Source: Oopsacas minuta
Taxonomy: Eukaryota; Animalia; Porifera
NCBI GenBank assembly: GCA_024704765.1
Contig: JAKMXF010000255.1
Span: forward strand, 186,001-250,000
Length of the DNA stretch: 64,000 bases
Direction of reading: 5' to 3'
In this document: one piece after another, positions 59,845 through 64,000 of the stretch
How positions within the stretch are numbered: position 1 is the first letter of the stretch
How the letters are laid out: each line of letters begins with the position of its first letter
Translations under genes and position numbers: made by a program
Notes under the pieces: generated by a model
Database searches by the model: none
What the model saw: the letters and a program-made list of their open reading frames with translations, nothing else
Told to the model about the DNA's origin: nothing

Positions 59845-61647
59845 ATGGAACAAGATCCATTCAAGGATTTGATGCCTCCTCAAATGGGTCAATTATTACC
59901 AGAAGGCGCTTATAAAATCCCAACACCTCACAGGCAACTAGATCTTCCTACTAGCTCACAATACTCACATACGCTAGATACTTATAATATGTTCTCTGAA
60001 CCAATGGATCTAACGACAGACTATGGATTGGATTTTCCTTTTGAAAATGAAGCAGATTCATTTTCACAATTTGATTCTAGCTTTCTACCGAGCGATTCTT
60101 CGTTCTTGAATAGTGAGGCAAGTAGTTTATACCATCCCCGTAGGTCTTTTAACAACCCAGATTTCTTGCAATCTTTCTCTGACAATGAGACCAAAGGAGA
60201 AATAAATATAAACACATCTAGCTACATAACTCCTGAAGAAATTGATAAATTCGAGAAATCCTTCCCAATGCCAGGGGTGAAGTCAGAATTACAAGATTTC
60301 CTAAGACCAGAAGATCAGTTTGGCGGACCTATCTCAGATGACAGTGACGTAGAAGAAGGAGAAATTGTAGATAAGTCATGTCCGGTGCAACAATCTACAA
60401 AGCAATTAATAGTAAAATGTACGGATGGGACGAAAGAACCAATGCAGTTACCAAATGGATGGGTACAGGTTTGGCATAAGAGTGGGATACCTGTCTATCT
60501 GCATGTAGAAACTAGAACAGTCACTGTTTCGAGGCCATATTTCTTACCCTACATAAGAAATATACGTACACACTTTATACCTGTAGATTCAGTTCCTTGT
60601 ATGAAAGAATGGATGTATGGTAAGAAAAATGGATCAGCTGTTCTGGAGCAGAAATGTGGTATTAAAGATGCGAAAGATTTCCAAACTCTATCAGCTGATA
60701 AGGTTAATGTATATCTGAGAGAGTTATGGGATTTTGAAGAGAAAGTTGTTCAAAATTACCAAAAGGAGCAAGGTGTGAAAAAGCGCGTGGTTAATAACCC
60801 GAATATGGTTGAGATAGAGATTCCACAAGAGTTCAAAGTAGACAACAAACATCGCGATTTCTGGCGTGTAAACATGACTGGCAAGACTCCTGTTGCATTG
60901 GTTGATGAATACTCTAGGTTCTTTCTGAAATCAAAAGCAGAATTTACATTTAGAGAAGTTACAGATCACAAAAACCCGTTTATTTGTACTGTAATTTTGA
61001 AGGGAATAAATTACGCATCAGAGAATGGCACATCTAAAAAGTTAGCCAAACAGAAGGCCTGTGAAGCTACGATTAAATTAGTGTGTCCACAGCTCTATGA
61101 GAGGTTCCAGCAATTCCAGAATAAACAGACAGCAGACTATGATACTAATTTGAAGGAGTTATACAACATGAGTATTGATGACGAATCAGCTATGGAGAAG
61201 TTAAATAAAGCAGGATTACCGCGTCCCTTCCAAATACTCAAACAATGTATTGAAAGGAAAAGTTTGATCGCTGAAAAGCCAGAATTCGAAATCAAGGAGA
61301 AAGACAATAAAACCTTTCACATGAGTCTAGTTATTGGGAAATACAAAGCTTCAGTTGATTGCACAAACAAACGAGAAGGGAAGAATATTATATCACAAAA
61401 GATTCTAAAGCAAATGTATCCTAGCTTAACACTAGGCTCTCTAATAGAGTTACATACAAATATAGCTTTAATGAAGGATAAGGTTGACATGCCTACAAAT
61501 GCAGAATTCAGGGAGATGACCATGGGATTACAGAACAAACCGAAAACAAAGATTTTAGAAATCTTAAAAGCGGAAATGTTGAAACTCAGTGACCGCATAG
61601 AACAAGGGAAACCTATCTCTGATAAATTCGCGAAATTAATGCCTTAA
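59845..61647 (+). CDS. DGCR8: Microprocessor subunit DGCR8/Pasha, single exon
   Basis: LPNGW...HKSGIPVYLH.ETRTVT.SRPYF WW/Rhed, VPC, two dsRBDs (KTPVALVDEY; RPFQILKQCI), C-terminal ILEILKAEM. Confidence 0.9.
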   Translation: MEQDPFKDLMPPQMGQLLPEGAYKIPTPHRQLDLPTSSQYSHTLDTYNMFSEPMDLTTDYGLDFPFENEADSFSQFDSSFLPSDSSFLNSEASSLYHPRRSFNNPDFLQSFSDNETKGEININTSSYITPEEIDKFEKSFPMPGVKSELQDFLRPEDQFGGPISDDSDVEEGEIVDKSCPVQQSTKQLIVKCTDGTKEPMQLPNGWVQVWHKSGIPVYLHVETRTVTVSRPYFLPYIRNIRTHFIPVDSVPCMKEWMYGKKNGSAVLEQKCGIKDAKDFQTLSADKVNVYLRELWDFEEKVVQNYQKEQGVKKRVVNNPNMVEIEIPQEFKVDNKHRDFWRVNMTGKTPVALVDEYSRFFLKSKAEFTFREVTDHKNPFICTVILKGINYASENGTSKKLAKQKACEATIKLVCPQLYERFQQFQNKQTADYDTNLKELYNMSIDDESAMEKLNKAGLPRPFQILKQCIERKSLIAEKPEFEIKEKDNKTFHMSLVIGKYKASVDCTNKREGKNIISQKILKQMYPSLTLGSLIELHTNIALMKDKVDMPTNAEFREMTMGLQNKPKTKILEILKAEMLKLSDRIEQGKPISDKFAKLMP

Positions 61648-61814
61648 GTAGAGTTTAATTTTGTTTTCATTTGTGTGAGTTTTAGTTTGAAAATAATTCT
61701 ATTTAAATATGCTATTATATTCTTGCAACCGTTCAAATGAACTACAATAATTAATAGCTCCAATATAACTAGAAATCCGCTAATATTATCCTATATATAT
61801 CCTAATGGGAGCAG

Positions 61815-62129
61815 TTAGAACTGGATCATCTGTCCTTTCCTCTTCTTATCACCTCCCAATTCAAAGTGCTTACATCTCTTCAGGGACTTCTGTTTAATCT
61901 TGGTACTCTCCTGACATTGCATCTTAAGCACAATCTTCCTAGTAGTCTTAGACTTCTTCTTGAGTATAGGCTTAGTCTGACCTCCGTATCCGCTCTGTTT
62001 CCTATCGTATCTACGTCTCCCTTGTGACGTTGAGCGCTCCTTACCTTTCTTGTATTGAGACACCTTATGTACAGTATGTCTCTTTAGACTAGGGCAGTAT
62101 GTACGGATGAATTTAGGTATATTAACCAT
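61815..62129 (-). CDS. RPL36A: 60S ribosomal protein eL42 (L36a/L44), 104 aa
   Basis: MVNIPK...[19 protein letters not shown]...[21 protein letters not shown]; true ATG 62129. Confidence 0.93.
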   Translation of the reverse strand: MVNIPKFIRTYCPSLKRHTVHKVSQYKKGKERSTSQGRRRYDRKQSGYGGQTKPILKKKSKTTRKIVLKMQCQESTKIKQKSLKRCKHFELGGDKKRKGQMIQF

Positions 62130-62325
62130 AATGTCAGGGCAATCTAATTCAAAATACAAATAGAATCGGATAAGATAATATACATTAAGAGATTCCCAAC
62201 CTGAGAGAACCGCTGTAATAACCGAATTTGGCACGACAGTTATTATCGGCTTCTACATAGGGGCAATTCAAAATATCGTTAGAAACTCATAAAGAATCTA
62301 AATTGACCTAATAACAAACAAGCTA

Positions 62326-64000
62326 TCATCTCATATAGTTCTTATTCTCTTTCTTAGTCTTATCCTTATACACAAAGTGCCTTCTAACCTTTCTACCATT
62401 TCCCTGATATCCAGCCTGATTTAATCTCTTTCTAGGTCTATCACTCTTACTACTGTGTACTTTAAGATTAACTGTTGGAGGTATTATAAAGCCGAACGCC
62501 TTTGCTACTGTTTTAAGATCGATATTACCTAATTTGAAAACAGATTTAAGGGAATGTGACGCATAAGCTTGGAGATAGGATCTATAAGCATCTTTAGCTG
62601 ATCGATGTAAGAAGTAGTTCTTAGTGATAAGTTTCTCAAGTTGAGATTGTATGTTGTAAACTTTACTATTGTCAAATTCATACTCATTCAATGGTACCTT
62701 AGCTTGTTTAAGATATTTCAAGAACATTACTTCTTCTGGTAGTAAAAATAGGAGAGCGTTACCTTTCCCTCCCTCCCCTCTAGCTGTTCTACCCACACGA
62801 TGTATGTACTCCTTAGGATCATCAGGGGGGTCAAATTGTACAATCCAATCGACTTGTGGGATGTCTAGTCCCCTAGCTGCCACATCTGTACAGAGAAGTG
62901 TAGCAGATTCTGCTTGACAAAACTCGTAGAATGTTGTAGTACGTTTCTGCTGCTTCTGCTTACCATGGATATCCATAACACTAATCTCAATGTAATTCAA
63001 AAGTTCTGAGTAGAATTTAACTGCATTACACGATGAGAAGAATACCATTACCTTCTTACCAGCGTTACGTTTAAGAAATGTAAATAATAGCAAGAATCTA
63101 GCTTCGGAGGACACAACTATATACCCTTGTTGTAATCCCTCTACTGTAGAGGTAGACGCGTTATCATCTACACCCACATAGACAGGGCTAGTTTTAAGAG
63201 ATAGTGTTACTAGGTTTTTAACATCATTACTCTGTGTAGCTGAGAATAGCATAGTTTGTCTATTCTCTGAGGGTAGTATTCTAATTATTTGTTTCATTTC
63301 TTCTTCAAATCCAATCTCCATTATCCTATCAGCTTCATCAATAACCAAACATTTCAAGTTATGGAATAAGAAACCATCAGTACTGTGTAGATGGTCTAGA
63401 AGACGGCCTGGTGTAGCAATAAGGAGGTTAACTCCTCTACCCAATTTATCTGCTTCTATCCGTCTATTAGCTCCTCCCATAACTAATCCAAATGTTTGAC
63501 TATGATTTTTCATGAGCTCTGAAGCTACTCCATATGTCTGTAGAGATAATTCTCTAGTGGGAGATATTATAATAACACCAGTACCTCTCCTGGGATTGAA
63601 TTTCAACTTATACAGCAGTTCTATAACAGGTATTAAGAATGCTAATGTTTTGCCAGATCCTGTCTTTGCTGCTCCCATTAGATCAGCTCCACGTAGTAGA
63701 GGGCGTATAGCTTTATGCTGTATTTCTGTCATACGTGTAAATCCCATTTCTTCAATTCCTTTTAGTGTTTTATAACTAACCTTATCAGATAATGAAGAGA
63801 AGAGATAAGTAGATTCTAATAGGGAAGTTGGTGGAGTATCTGTAGATGAATTATTTGGTATTATTTGGTTAGTTTCCAGAGTATTTTTCATATCCTCATG
63901 GGATTTAGATGATGAGTTAACTTCCTCATTCTCTATAGCTGAGGTATCTACGTTTTCTACTATAGGTTGTTGTTGTTGTTGTTGTTGTTGTTGTGAGTTC
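62326..64000 (-). CDS. DDX18: DEAD-box RNA helicase DDX18/Has1; frame stays open past 64000 (N-terminus outside window, includes Q9 at 63967-63993)
   Basis: [48 protein letters not shown]. Confidence 0.93.
   Translation of the reverse strand, partial: NSQQQQQQQQQPIVENVDTSAIENEEVNSSSKSHEDMKNTLETNQIIPNNSSTDTPPTSLLESTYLFSSLSDKVSYKTLKGIEEMGFTRMTEIQHKAIRPLLRGADLMGAAKTGSGKTLAFLIPVIELLYKLKFNPRRGTGVIIISPTRELSLQTYGVASELMKNHSQTFGLVMGGANRRIEADKLGRGVNLLIATPGRLLDHLHSTDGFLFHNLKCLVIDEADRIMEIGFEEEMKQIIRILPSENRQTMLFSATQSNDVKNLVTLSLKTSPVYVGVDDNASTSTVEGLQQGYIVVSSEARFLLLFTFLKRNAGKKVMVFFSSCNAVKFYSELLNYIEISVMDIHGKQKQQKRTTTFYEFCQAESATLLCTDVAARGLDIPQVDWIVQFDPPDDPKEYIHRVGRTARGEGGKGNALLFLLPEEVMFLKYLKQAKVPLNEYEFDNSKVYNIQSQLEKLITKNYFLHRSAKDAYRSYLQAYASHSLKSVFKLGNIDLKTVAKAFGFIIPPTVNLKVHSSKSDRPRKRLNQAGYQGNGRKVRRHFVYKDKTKKENKNYMR

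Noticed and set aside
62130-62234. N-terminal extension of RPL36A in the ORF track (likewise upstream extensions of SGCD, APH-1, FGF-like, NHL1, dynein)
   Set aside because: The extensions start at non-ATG or acceptor-region sequence; conserved proteins begin at the downstream ATG.

Overview
AT-rich, very compact eukaryotic (animal) genomic DNA with short GT-AG introns. It is probably a glass sponge or similar early-branching animal; this is an inference from compactness, intron loss and gene content. The window holds 27 protein-coding genes plus one intact DD34D mariner and about 20 short MITEs. Positions 1-23606 are a minus-strand DNAH3-like axonemal dynein heavy chain (31 exons seen, 3' end outside the window). 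Three ~3.3-3.6 kb dynein introns each carry nested genes: (i) mariner + MFS transporter, (ii) HBS1L, which itself carries a further antisense ORF in its longest intron, and (iii) a head-to-head Cdc42-like / degenerate Rho pair. The rest is tightly packed: RBM41, katanin p60, leishmanolysin, then 15 consecutive minus-strand genes (GRXCR to APH-1), DGCR8/Pasha, RPL36A and DDX18. Most start codons sit 3-25 nt downstream of a 3'-splice-acceptor-like YAG, mostly TTAG, suggesting spliced-leader trans-splicing and operon-like transcription. Protein-level oddities are a triple FGF-like beta-trefoil protein with a GYAP-repeat tail, eL42 with F56L and two lost Zn ligands, and Pasha keeping the heme Cys but lacking the W329 equivalent. 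All family assignments are by-eye motif recognition; no database searches were run.
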